From positions 1 to 58,923 of the forward strand of contig FLMG01000896.1 of NCBI GenBank assembly GCA_900088475.1: a DNA stretch of 58,923 nucleotides, written 5' to 3'. A model generated the notes under the pieces. The model was not told the DNA's origin. It saw only the letters and a list, made by a program, of their open reading frames with translations, and made no database searches. Of the stretch, positions 26,801-38,576 are shown piece after piece (within the stretch, counting starts at the first letter, position 1; each line of letters opens with the position of its first letter). Both the position numbers and the translations under genes were made by a program. This DNA is from Hyphochytrium catenoides (Eukaryota > Protista > Hyphochytriomycota).

Positions 26801-29800
26801 GTTAACCATTACGCCAAGAGCGAGCAGAGACATTATACTGCAGAAGCAATGGACTTGCCATATTTCTCCTGGAACTCGGGAGTCCCTTCCAGAAACTCCA
26901 AACCCGGATGGAACCTGAGCAGGTCTGGAGAAAGACGATAAGAGCGGACGGCAATTATGTACGGAGGGGATCAGTTTCAAGCAAGCATCATCACATAACC
27001 AGCACGAAAATGGAAAGCGATCAGAGCAAGAACATTGATTGAAAAGAACGAAAGAGAACGTGTGACCAAAGATCTTGGTATTCAGACAGCGCGAACATGG
27101 ACTCGTCATCACTCACCTTGGAGAAAGGGCAGGAGATCCTCTCTAAGTATCCTATCATTCTCCACCTGCTTTACCTACAGGCAGGCAGTCGAGTAAGACT
27201 AGGCAATAAGACAACAGTTTGAGAGACAAGGACAAGACGCGCATCAAGAGGGATCGCTAGTTTAGACGTCTTTATGCCCTTACCTGGCGGAAGAATCGTT
27301 CTATCCTGTCATAAGGAGCAATCTCGTTCATCCAGAACCTATGTGACAACAGATGAGGTGAGGATGTCAGCAGTCTTTCATTTCGCTAAACATTTCGCTA
27401 AACAGGACCACGAGAGGGCGTAGGAGAGTTAAGGCCAAGGCGAAGGTAAACATCCCAAGAGAACAGAGAGAGATAAGGAACATGGAAGTAGCAAAGGAAA
27501 GTAATGTCGAGAGGTTAGAGTCGTGCGCTGCGAGCAGCTTTCCAGTGACTAACTCACTTCTGAAAGACTGAAAGAGTGACCCTGGCGTCTCCCAGGCTTT
27601 GACCTTCAGTGCCGAGCGTAGGAGAAGTGATAGAATCTAAAAAGCGATGAGAACGCATCCAAATGGACACGGAGAGAGAAGCCAGTGCAGAGAATATAGA
27701 TGAAAAGGAAAGTCTTGATCAGTGGAGAGTCCTAATCAGTGGAGGGTTTGGAGCGCGACACTAAAGACAGTGATCACACAGAAAGGAGGGAAGAATGTGG
27801 AAGGGTAGCTCAAGGGCTTTACCAGACTTAGGTCTTTTACCAGCCGGCATTAGGGAGCCATAGTAGGTGACTATTCGGCGGAACAATGGGGCATTGAAGA
27901 AAGATGGAAAGCCGCAGAGGTCCTTCGTAACTGGCACCTGAGCGAAAGTTAGTGAAAGAGAGACGATCAGAGAGAAAGGGCGGAAATAGGAGCGACTGAA
28001 AGTGAGAGAGAGAGTGTGTGTGCGTGAGAGAGAGAGAGAGAAGAGAGAGATCGCCGAGCCGTTTACAAGGATGGAAGTGACACCATAACCGAGGTCAGAT
28101 GGCGGATGTATATGTGGAGAACCTCTCGGAGCAATTGAACAGGTGCGCGACGACGAGAGAAGAGCGAGAGTCAAAGTACTATAGAGAAGTAAGTGTAGTG
28201 ATGCACAGGGAAGTCAGCATCAAGAACCTGAGCAGCAGCACGAGCAGTAAGACTAGAGCTGAGGCAGACAAGAGCTCGGTAGAAGAGGGTAGCACAGGCC
28301 ATCTGTTACCATGTCGTCCACCTTGAGCCCGTCCGGATGCTTTTCAAACTTGGCCATGATATCACTCTAGCAGGGAAGGGGGGAAAAAGGAAGGCTCGTA
28401 AGGTCCAAGGAGAACTAGAAGAAGGCTCTTGATACTTCTAGTCTGTCTCTTTCTCAATCTACACATTTCGCTTTCCTCCCTCTCAACAGCCTAAGGCTAC
28501 CTCCATCCTCTCTCTGTCGTTCTCCTCTGTTTGTCGTCCTTGTTCCTCCCTCTCCCTTCCTCATTTCTGCTAGCTCTGTCTCCTCTTGATTTTCTGACTT
28601 TCTGTCAGGTGTCCCTGAAGTTTCTCTCCTCCCTTCGTCACGCTTCTGGCCAGACTCCTTACCTTCCTATTCTCCCATGAGTCTCCCGGAATAGGCTTTC
28701 CTCGTCCTCTGCTGGGCTTTCCCGGAGTGTAGAAGGGTGGCACTGTCAGATCCTTTTGCTGGGCCTAAAGAGTGAGAACGGAATCCCTCCGTAAGAGAAG
28801 CAAGACCTCTCCATTTCAATGGCTCCTCGTTCTTGGAAGCTATTCACTGAATGCAATGACTCCTCTTTGGCCCAGCTTCCTCGCGTTCCCCCTCATACGT
28901 CCTCCCTTGAACTGTCGAAATCAACACTTACGGCGTGGTTCATTGTCTATCGTCTCCTCCCGGTTCGCGCTGAATTCCCCACCCCACCGACATCATCCTG
29001 ACCTCACAGCGTCTCGCATAACTCCCATTCTTCCACCATCCTAAGCTTCGCCTGGTTCTCTTTTCTAAGCTTTTCTCTCCCTTCACTGTATGCACAGCAC
29101 CTGGACAGAGAGAGCCGCTGCCGCCGAGGGTAAGACGTCGGGTCCGGTCACGCTCTTAGCAGCGCTAGGCGTGAGAGGACTGGGTGTATCGGTAGGAGAA
29201 TGGAGCTCCATAGCAGACAGCTCCATCTCTGACACGTCCTTCTGAGAAAAAGAGAGGCGGACAGTGGACAAAGGGCTGAGAAGGCGTAATATACAGAGCA
29301 GCGTACAGGACAGAAGTAGCAAATGCAGGCAACAAGTTGACCCGTCAGAAGGCGTATAAGCCTAGTAATCGGAGCGCAGACTAGCACCGCATAATAAGGG
29401 AACAAAGGCAGGTATGGAGTGGAGACCAACAGGAAGAGGTACGCCTCAGTCTCAAGCCTAGCAAAGTCAGGCGAGACGATGGAAGGAGCAGCTGCTTACA
29501 TCCATCAGGAACCTCCTCTGGCTGGCTACGAGGCCATTATAATCTGCTTCACGAAGCGAGACGCAGAAGAAGAGAGAGAGAGGAGCCTTAGTCGAGAAGC
29601 TCTCCCAGGTGTCACTTTCGCTTTTCTACCTCCCCCAGGTTCATCTTCCTCTCTCGTTTTTCTATCTGTCTCTAAGTGTCTTCTTTTCCTTTCCCTCTAA
29701 GTATCGCTGACCTAGTTCAATCTTTTTTCTGCTGACAGGAGAGCGAGGTGAGCGCGGAGGAGGAGACTGCTTGGTTATTCGTGGTGAGGCTTTCCCAGTA

Positions 29801-30348
29801 GGCGACGCTGAGTGCATGACACTGTGGATGCCTGGAGAGGTTGGGATCTCCAGACCCCGTCCGCTCTTCAGATCTTCAACATACGAGCGGACAAGTTCCT
29901 GGCAGGCCAAGGGAAAGAGAGGAGGGAGAGCCGAGTGTCAGGACGTCAAAGAGCCTCTCCCGTGCCAGTGATAATTGCAGTCAAAGATAGGGAAGAAGAG
30001 AGGAAGGCAGACGGGTAGACCTTCAAGGATAAAGACCAGAAGGAAAGGAAAGTGATGGCCAAAAGACAGGAGCCGTCAGAGCAGAACTCTCAGCTTTCTC
30101 TCTCCTCTTCATCAGCTGAGTACCTGCGTCTCAGGCAGAGCAACCCAGTGCAGAAAGAGCTCTTCAAGCTTCATTCTGGCGGGCAAATAGTTCTCTATGG
30201 CTCCTGACCAGCCCTTCGCTCCCCCGCCGACGCTACTCTCGCCGGTTGATGGCCTCCCTCCGTCATCTCCGACCGGCGTGATGACCATCGCGGATTCCCC
30301 TTCCGACTGGGAGAGGACCGAGGTATCGATCCTCAATTTCCCTTCCAT
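23852..30348 (-). CDS. PPP2R3: Protein phosphatase 2A regulatory subunit B'' (PPP2R3/PR72 family, EF-hand); many exons
   Basis: Motifs: [51 protein letters not shown]|[29 protein letters not shown]|[66 protein letters not shown]. The C-terminus is ...AEAPF*. Confidence 0.96.
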
Positions 30349-30869
30349 TGTGCTGCTGCCTTCACTGGAGTAGATTTGAGAAAAAGAAAGAAAGAAAGAA
30401 AGAAAGAGACAGAGAGGAAGAGAGAGACAGAGAGAGAAGAGAGAAAAGAGAGAGAAGAGACAGGGAGAAGTATCCTCCAAACGAGCGAGAGCTGGGCGGT
30501 TTGGAACTGATCACAAGATAGAGAGCCTCGCTCTTAGCTGTTGGCCGTCCTTAAGGGCTTCAGGCAGCAAGAGAAGAGGAGCTGGACCGAATGGCGCGGA
30601 TATGTTGTGGCGAAATAAAGGCGACAACGAGCTCTGGAGAAGAGGACAAGAGGGAGGAACCCCAGACCGAGAGAGAGCTTGGAACTATGCCGATGGAGAA
30701 GCGACAGAGCCAATCTGATCGGGAGGAGAGACGAGGACGGAAGAGCTACTCATAGAAAGGCAATAGGAAGGACATAGGAGTGAGTCTCTGTGAAGAGAAG
30801 AACGATATGCACTGCTCCAGAAGAGAGGGAGGCAAACGAGAGAGAAAAATAGAGGGAGGGAGGAGACAG

Positions 30870-30924
<55 letters not shown>

Positions 30925-31777
30925 GATGGAAGGTAGGAGGGAGAGGTATCAGAAGGAGGATGGCAGAAACCACAGCAAAGATCAGGGCCATCCGCAAGCT
31001 GACAATTGACTCCACTCCAAATTGACAATATGCCTGGTTTACAGAGTGGTTACTCTGAATCAAAGCGTATTTATTCTGTAATCAGAACAGTTATCATTGG
31101 CGTATCTCAGAATAAATGCGGCAACTTCATAGTTATTGCCAACTCTGATCGCCTTTCTTGACACAGAGTATAATTGGCATAAAATGTCAATTAAGGAGCA
31201 CACAGTGTAAATTTACAGTTGTCAAGGTGCTGGGCTTGTACAAAGGACAGCGGCAGTCTGTGGTGCCCGCCGGGCCAGCTGGATCTTCAAGGTTCAAGCT
31301 TCATCGGCAATCCATCGGCAGGACGCTGATCTTCAACACTCTCCCCGCTGGGAGGAGCAGGCAGGCACCTTTGCCCTTGTTATCGCGGCAGGAGTCCTGC
31401 TCGGCCGTCGGTATATCCTCCCCGGTCAATGTCAGGTAGCCAGTTGCCGCGTAGGTTGTTGGTCAGGGTTGTGTCCTCCGCATACTCGTTAGAACTCTGT
31501 ACTCAATGACGCAAGCTTTCTCCCTAGCAGCCAACAATTGACCGGTTGCCAATCTTTGGGCCTTGCCGCAGTGATAAAAGAGGTTTGCAGTGCATAAACA
31601 AGAAGCCGAGATCATGTTGGCAAGATGCGGGCAAAGCGACAGGGAAGATCGCACTTCCTCAGAAGAGCATCGCTTGGCCAGAAAGAAGCAATAAATAGAG
31701 AAAAGTGTCAGTTAGTGCTTTAATATAATAATATGCTGATTAGCCCTCTGTGTCTCTTCAACATTGTTCGGTCTGCC

Positions 31778-34700
31778 TCACTCCATGCCGAAGCCCGTTG
31801 CCTCCATCTGGACCGCCAGTGTGAGATACTTCTTGAGTTCCTCCTTGCTGTCATAGGTTGGCAGGTCTATCCGATTAAAGCAAGTGTGAGACTGAGGGAA
31901 TATACTTTGGCTCTTAGGGATCGAAGTGATGGTGAATCGCTGAATATTCCCATCACTTCCTTGCAAAACGCCAAAGCCCTGGATGGGCACCCGCGAAGTT
32001 CCTGTCACAAATTGTAGCAGCCTTGCCTTCTGCTCTTGGTCATATTCAGCGACCACCTCCCAAAACCAAGCGATGATAGGATGGTACCGCCCCTGCTGTG
32101 CATATGCACCTCCGTACTCCGTATGTGAGATCCAGTCTTCCATGTTAATGTTGGGCAGACCGCACATAAGTAGCTCGAGCTCCTGGAAGTCAAAGACCGA
32201 AAGAAGAGGTAGAGGCAGAACCTCATAGAAGCCAGACAGGAAGGCCGTGAGTTGAGGCTTGATCCTCCTGAGCATCCGGTACTCCAACATCAGCAAAATG
32301 TACTCATCAAAGTTCTCGTTGACCACATCGGTGTCCAAGCCCTTGTCCTTTAACTCCACGACCTGTGTGAGGCCCAAATGCTGCTCTACAACGGTAAAGT
32401 CTAGACAGCAGATGGAGACGTCCTCAAGCTCTGACATCTTCTTCAGCCCTTCGTACGTCTCATGGTCCACATACTCAAGGTCCGCAATGCTGATGGGCCA
32501 CGCCAGGAGATGTTTGTACAGAGGGAGCGCTAGATGGGCCTTGATGATCTGCTGGTCTGAAAAAGAGACACGCCAAAGTGAGACAGCGGACACAGAAATG
32601 CTGTCTTTCTTCATTAATAGCTGGGACCAAGCCAAGGAAAGACTTTCTAAAGGGCGAGGAAATCTATCTCCTCCTTCCTTTGTAGGTCAGTGAAGACAGG
32701 AGACAAGAGACAAAGAGGTGAGAGAGGGAGAGAGAGACATTCGTCACACCTAAGAGCTGACAGCAAACTATGGAGAGCAAAACTTGAGGAAACAAGCAGT
32801 ACAGGGAATGCTAGAGGGACTTTAGCCTTCCTTACCAAAAAGCGCCTTTGCCATCAATCGTCCTGCAAAATGGAAGTATCGGAGATGCTCATCATTGCCG
32901 TAGGCGCCAGAGGCTGGGTTGATCTGCATGCTCATTTGGTCCACACTTCCATACTGAAACAATGTGAAGTCAGGGTTAAAGAGCTGCTCCGTGACTAGCT
33001 CATAGAACTCTCGGGTCACTCCGCCTGCATCCAGCGCAGGCTCCCCGACGAACTCAAACTTGAAGATCTTTCGCATATCTTCTACTGGGACAGACTCAAA
33101 CGCCTGCGGAGAAGGAAGTGTGAGCGCAAGATGGAAGTGAATGTCCCAACCTCCTGGCAAGCCTATAAACTACTCATTTCTGATATGTCCTATCTCTCTG
33201 CCCTTTATACTACTGCTCCACTTCCAATCCACTGCACATCCCGTTGTCACTTGTCAGAGCTGTTTGTCTTTGCATAACCGCTTTCCTTATCTCACCTGCA
33301 TGGCGTCATCTAAAAGAAACTGCCTCCGCACTGTTATTCTCATATGTCCTTCCTCCCAGGGAACCCGTAGATCTTCAACCTGTGCCCGGAACCAGTCCAA
33401 CTTCTTTTTGAAAGGATGTGACATCGCTCTTGTAAGGTCCCCAAGAGTGAAATTCAGGTCGGGAATAGTGGGTTCCAGAGAAAAGTCTGGAGCTTTGACC
33501 CACTGCAGTGTTCCGTCAGCAGCAAAGTCACGAACAAAGGCGTCTTTAGGGAGAGTAGCCCCTCTGTCGAACACTCCGGAGCCTCGGCGGGAGACTTGGC
33601 TGCTCTCTCTCTTATCATCCTCCTTCTCCTGCTTGACCCAATGAAGCTTGAGGTCGGACTGCAGCACTCGAACCCAGGCGTCTTTCTCGTACTTCAGCGC
33701 TATGCCCATAGTCTTTGCTATATCTTCAATGTTCGTGTTGTCATCCTCAGTGCCGCTTGCAGACGGCGCTCTTGGAAGCTGGAAACGAATAGTCTGGCCG
33801 GGTCTGACTCCAGGCGGACAGGTGACCATCACTCTCTGTCCATTCGCCATCAGCGCGAAGGGCTGACCGGGTCTAACTCCTGCCGGAACCTGCACCATAA
33901 AGGTCTGCATAGGCTGCACCGAGGCATTACTTCTATCTCTATTCTGATTCTGCGTCAAGTTGACCACAATCCGGACTTGTGAGCCTGGATTCGCCCCAGC
34001 CGGACAGGTCACAAGCATCTGCTGTCCATTAGGCATTATGACAGGAAACTGCTGCCCAGGGAAGACGCCGGCAGGGACTGTCACCATAAACGCTTGCTGC
34101 TGGGGTAGCCGTGCCCCTCCGGAGGTCCGGCTTTGATTAGAAAGTCGGACCATAATCTGACTGCCGGGTCGCGCTGTGGGCGGACATGTGACCATCAGCC
34201 GTTGACCATTGGCGATGACAGAGAACTGCTGTCCTGGTCTGACGCCATACGGAACAGTCACGTATAGCTGTTGAGATTGCGGTGGTCTGTTCGGCTGCAC
34301 AGAGTACGCGCCAGGGGATTGACTCTGCTGACTGGTTCTATAAGTCAAAGACATGGTCAGACAAGTCAAAAATCAAAGACGAACTTCTTTAGGCACCTCA
34401 ATGGCCAAGAAAGGGGCCATGACGACCTCAAGAAATAAAGAGCCCTAGAATGACTTTAAACAGATAAAGAGGGATTGTAACATAGAAACAGAGAAGGACA
34501 CCCATATCCCGCCCACTGATGTTGAATAGTGAAAGATTGATGCGGGAAATGAGGAGACGACGGACGAAGAGTGATTGAAATTGGAGGGGTAACGAAAGGC
34601 GATCAGGCCAACAAGAGAACACGATCCACCAAGATAGAGGGCCAAGAGTGATAGGATCGCAGATAAAAAGAGTTAGAGCACTACGTCAGACTCATAGAAC

Positions 34701-35374
34701 CAACTGATAGGAAGACATAAGGATGATGTGACTGGCTCCAGAAGACAACGTCATTCATGAGGAGGAAAGTACGACGAGAAAGAGGAAAAGAGCGGTAACG
34801 ACAAGCCGAAGATCGTCCCCTCCTACCTGTTGCGTGGAATTCGTGGATGACCTTGACTGGAGCTCTGAGGTACCGGTGGGACATGAGGTGGGGAAGGTGT
34901 AGGCACTGCGGGTGGCCGCGGAGCTGAGCTCCCCGCAGGACTGGCGGAGAAAGGGGGCATGTGAGGGGAAGGGTTTGAGTGTAAAGAGCCGCCAGGAGGG
35001 TTATGTGCTCCTGGGTACTGATATACACTGCGCCCTGGGCTTGGCGCAATGCCAAAGAGGTTGGCAGCGCTTCCTTGTGATGAAGTACTTGGCCCGCCAC
35101 TAGCGCCTGCAGTGGAGACTCGGGACGGTCCGGGATGGTGACTCGGCCGAAACGTTCCTGAAGTTGTGAGAGACGACGGATTTAGCGCAGGGCTTGCTGA
35201 GCCGCTACCTCCTGTGGCAACGGACTGCCGACTAGAATGTGAATATGACTGCGTGGCTCCAGCAGGTCCAACCCTCCTATCAGGCCCATGAGGTCCGCTA
35301 GTATTAGGGGTCGGCGATGGTCCATTCTGGAGCCCGTAAACGTCGGTGGAGCCCTTGGAATCTTTGTTACCCAT
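31778..35374 (-). CDS. HECT E3 ubiquitin ligase, NEDD4-type catalytic domain, N-myristoylation motif, three tandem ~42-aa repeats; 4 exons
   Basis: Starts MGNKDS. Pre-HECT segment FKKKLDWFRAQ...RITVRRQFLLDDAMQ. HECT motifs FVGEPALDAGGVTREFY, YFHFAGRLMAKALF, WFWEVV...QKARLLQFVTGTSRVP and the catalytic PQSHTCFNRIDLP...GFGME*. Confidence 0.96.
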
Positions 35375-37075
35375 CTGGACGGTCTCCCGAGCCGACGCGC
35401 GATCAAATGATTTTCAGACAAGCACGTGTCTGTGACTATTCTTCGGACATCTGGAGAGAAGCTCTAAGCATAAGCTGCCAAGACTTATGTCAGATCTAAA
35501 AAGCTCTAGAAGATCAGATGGACGTCCTGTGGGAAATGTCCACTGCGCAGTGCGTGCTCTACGTATAGATCTCCAACCTATTACAAGCTGTCTCTCTGTC
35601 TCTTCCACCTCAAACTTAAGGAGCCTTCAAGAACAACAAAGTCTTGCACCAGTTATGGTAGCAGGGCCGCCAGATCGAGCTCTGTCTGAATCTGCAGACA
35701 AGCTTCAGATGGCAATGGCGCCGATGGAGACTGGGCCTTGAAACTCTTGTAAGTTAAGAATAAAGAACGGGGAAAAAGCGGCGTGTCTGCCCAACAGGAA
35801 TTCCTGCTACACATTGTCTGACACTATTCAGACGCCGCATTCTCCCTCTCTCTCCACTGCTCTGTCTCGCTCCATCCTCTTTATGACAATCCTCTTGCTG
35901 CACAGTAAAGCCTCTATAGGCGCTTCTATTTATAACTCTGTCTTTCTCGCGTTCTCATGTACGCGTATCTCATCTGTCCTCTGTCTCCACCCATTGCCCT
36001 TATTTGATGCTCTCCTTATTCTTTCCCAACAACAGTTCCAGGTTGAGTGACATGTTCCCTCTTTTTCTCTGACACCGTACCTCTTGCAGTCTCTCTTCGA
36101 ATGTCTCACCCTCTGTCTCACAACATCTTTTCATTATAACTGTATGAGCGTCTCTCCTACAACTCTGACTCCCGAGGGCCCTTGCTCTGTCTCACAACAT
36201 AAATCTCTCTCTTCCTCCCTCTGTCTCGTTATAAACTTCTATTCTCCCCGTTCTGTCTTCATCTCTTCCCACACTTTTTCCGAATTGGACTAAATTAATG
36301 GGTTTCCTACTCTTCTACCCACCACCGTCCACCCACCCGCCTTTTAAAAGACTGAATTTCTTGGAGGGAGTCACCCCCATCATTTGTTCTCAAATACCAA
36401 GGGCCATTTTGCACTACATTTGTTGGGGGAAGCTCCTCACACCCGTGGTCAGGGGAGGAACTCCCACCCGGTTATTGCACAACTTTTCAATCCTTCACTT
36501 CCCACCCACATGAATTCAGCTTAATACTAGGGGAGAAAAGTCGTCGAAGATGGGTGGGCGGCTTCACCATTCTTTCCTTCTCTTGGTGTGTGACACCTAG
36601 AGACAAGAGAGAGTACTTCCCTTAGCAATAGGCCGGGGACGGAGCCCTAACACAGAGTGATCTGTCCAGTTAGTCCGCCTTTATTTAGCTTCCACAATGC
36701 CCCAAAGATTGATTTTGGGAAGTAGTAATGTTTGCGGAACTCTTATGGCAAGGAGTCTGGTCTAAATGAGAGTATGCTGCGCTCCCTCCGTGGCTTACGT
36801 CACTCACCTGTGTAAATGTTTGTAGCAAGCGTCGGCTACACACGGGACTTTCATGTGCTAATGTTATCTGTACGTTTACTGGTCGCTACCCCCTCATTCA
36901 GAACTTCATCTGGGGATACCTCTTATTTAGAACATGACTACACTTATTGGTTATTCTCTCTGAAAGTAATGAAAGTATGGAGAACACCATAAGAATCATT
37001 CTTCTGAATAAAAACAGCCTTTACGCCGAATAATGGGTACTATATCCCATATNNNNNNNNNNNNNNNNNNNNTCT

Positions 37076-37106
<31 letters not shown>

Positions 37107-37692
37107 GCCCTCTCTCTCTCTCTCTGCCCTCTCTCTCTCCCCTCTCTCTCACTCTCTCTCTTCCTCTCCTCTCTCTCTTCCTCTCCCTCTTTTGTCCTCT
37201 CTCTTTGCTCACAATTTAGCTCTCCACGCACGCTCTCTCTTTCTCCGCTGCCTTGTTTTTCTCCCTTCTTTTCGTCTTTATCTCAAGAGTCTCTCTATCT
37301 TCGGGCGAAGCAGTCTCATTGGCTGTGCACGAGTGACAGCTGAAGATTGCGCGCAAGCTAGACGGCTGCAGCGTCAACGAATCCTAGCTTATCCTCGCTA
37401 GCCCAAGAAAGGACAGTCACAAGCTGGACAGAGCTAGACACGACCTTGTCATAGAGCATCACTCCTTCTCCGAGAGATAAAGTGGCTAAGTCGCAGCGAG
37501 AGGGCGCCGGTAGAGGGCGCGAGGATCTACCGATGAGAAAGCTTCGAAGAGTCCAGAGCTTACCGTCAGTAGCTTAGCAAGGACCAAAGACATAGGTAAA
37601 ATATTGCTTACGGGCCTTCCTGCGAGCCGCGTCCGCCTCGCTCAGAGTAATCTGTCCCTTTGCTTTCTTCTGAAGGTGTATCCTGGAGTGTA

Positions 37693-37998
37693 ATGGGTAA
37701 TAGCCCGTGCTGCAGCTGTCGACGGCGGCCCCAGACGAAAGAGGATGAAAAAGCTGCTGCATCCTCTCAACAGGCACCGCCGCCAATGAGGCTGATGCTG
37801 GAGGATGACAGCTGGAGGCAAACCCGCGCGGTTGCAGCGGCATACGGCGCACCCCTCTATGGGGGGCCAGCCTTATATCAAACCCAGGCTGATGGGAGAG
37901 TAGGAATGTACGTTCCTCCTCAGTATGCCGCAATCCATCGGCCAACCGCTGCTTCAGAGCCGCGACAAGCTACCGGAGACACCGTCGTAGAGTTCTAG
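37693..37998 (+). CDS. Small orphan protein (101 aa) with myristoylation/palmitoylation N-terminus and PPxY motif
   Basis: The ATG follows a plausible 5'-UTR intron (ag|gtaaaa near 37594 to ttctgaag near 37675). It begins MGNSPCCSCRRR, has a Pro/Ala/Tyr-rich body, and has PPQY at 37915-37926. I recognise no homologue. Confidence 0.55.
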   Translation: MGNSPCCSCRRRPQTKEDEKAAASSQQAPPPMRLMLEDDSWRQTRAVAAAYGAPLYGGPALYQTQADGRVGMYVPPQYAAIHRPTAASEPRQATGDTVVEF

Positions 37999-38576
37999 AT
38001 AACGCCCTTCTCTGCACACATCTCAAGCTGAGTGGTCATGAGAAGGGCAGATCCAAAGAAGGAGGAGAGATACACTAAACTTTTACACTATCCCAGGACG
38101 AGAGACAGAGAGAGAGAGAGAGAGATGTCTTCCCTTGTCAAACAGTCATTGTAGAGAGATGTCTTCCTCCTCAGCACAACCTCTCACTCCTGTCGACGGC
38201 TAGGGCTGTCGAACATTTTTATAGGAAGCAAGAAGTAAGGTGCAGCGCTCTTTGTCATTGCCAATAATGGACGCTAATACGAAGGCCCTCTGCCTCTGTA
38301 CGTTTCACCTACTCTCTCTAGCTCATCTCTCTTTGATCCGAGTCTCTTGCCTGGAAGACGTCTTGCGCCTTTTGCTCGCTTTTCATATTAGAGACAGATA
38401 GAAACTCCATACAGAGTGCTTTCATCAAGAGGGAGAAGAGAGGGAGAGAGACAAAAAGATGCAGCTGACAGAGAAATGAGTCTTATAAGCTTACGAGAGC
38501 ATCTCACTGTGAGATTAATCTAAACACGCGTCCCTTCACGTCTTCCTAATGTCTGTCCACACTCAGTCCTTTCTTT

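Noticed and set aside
31200-31654. Minus-strand frame interrupted by TGA codons as a possible selenoprotein
   Set aside because: There is no redox motif around the TGAs, no recognisable SECIS and no homology.
36290-36560. Compositionally distinct segment between the HECT gene and the small ORF as a possible transposon end
   Set aside because: I could not identify terminal inverted repeats, a target-site duplication or a transposase motif.
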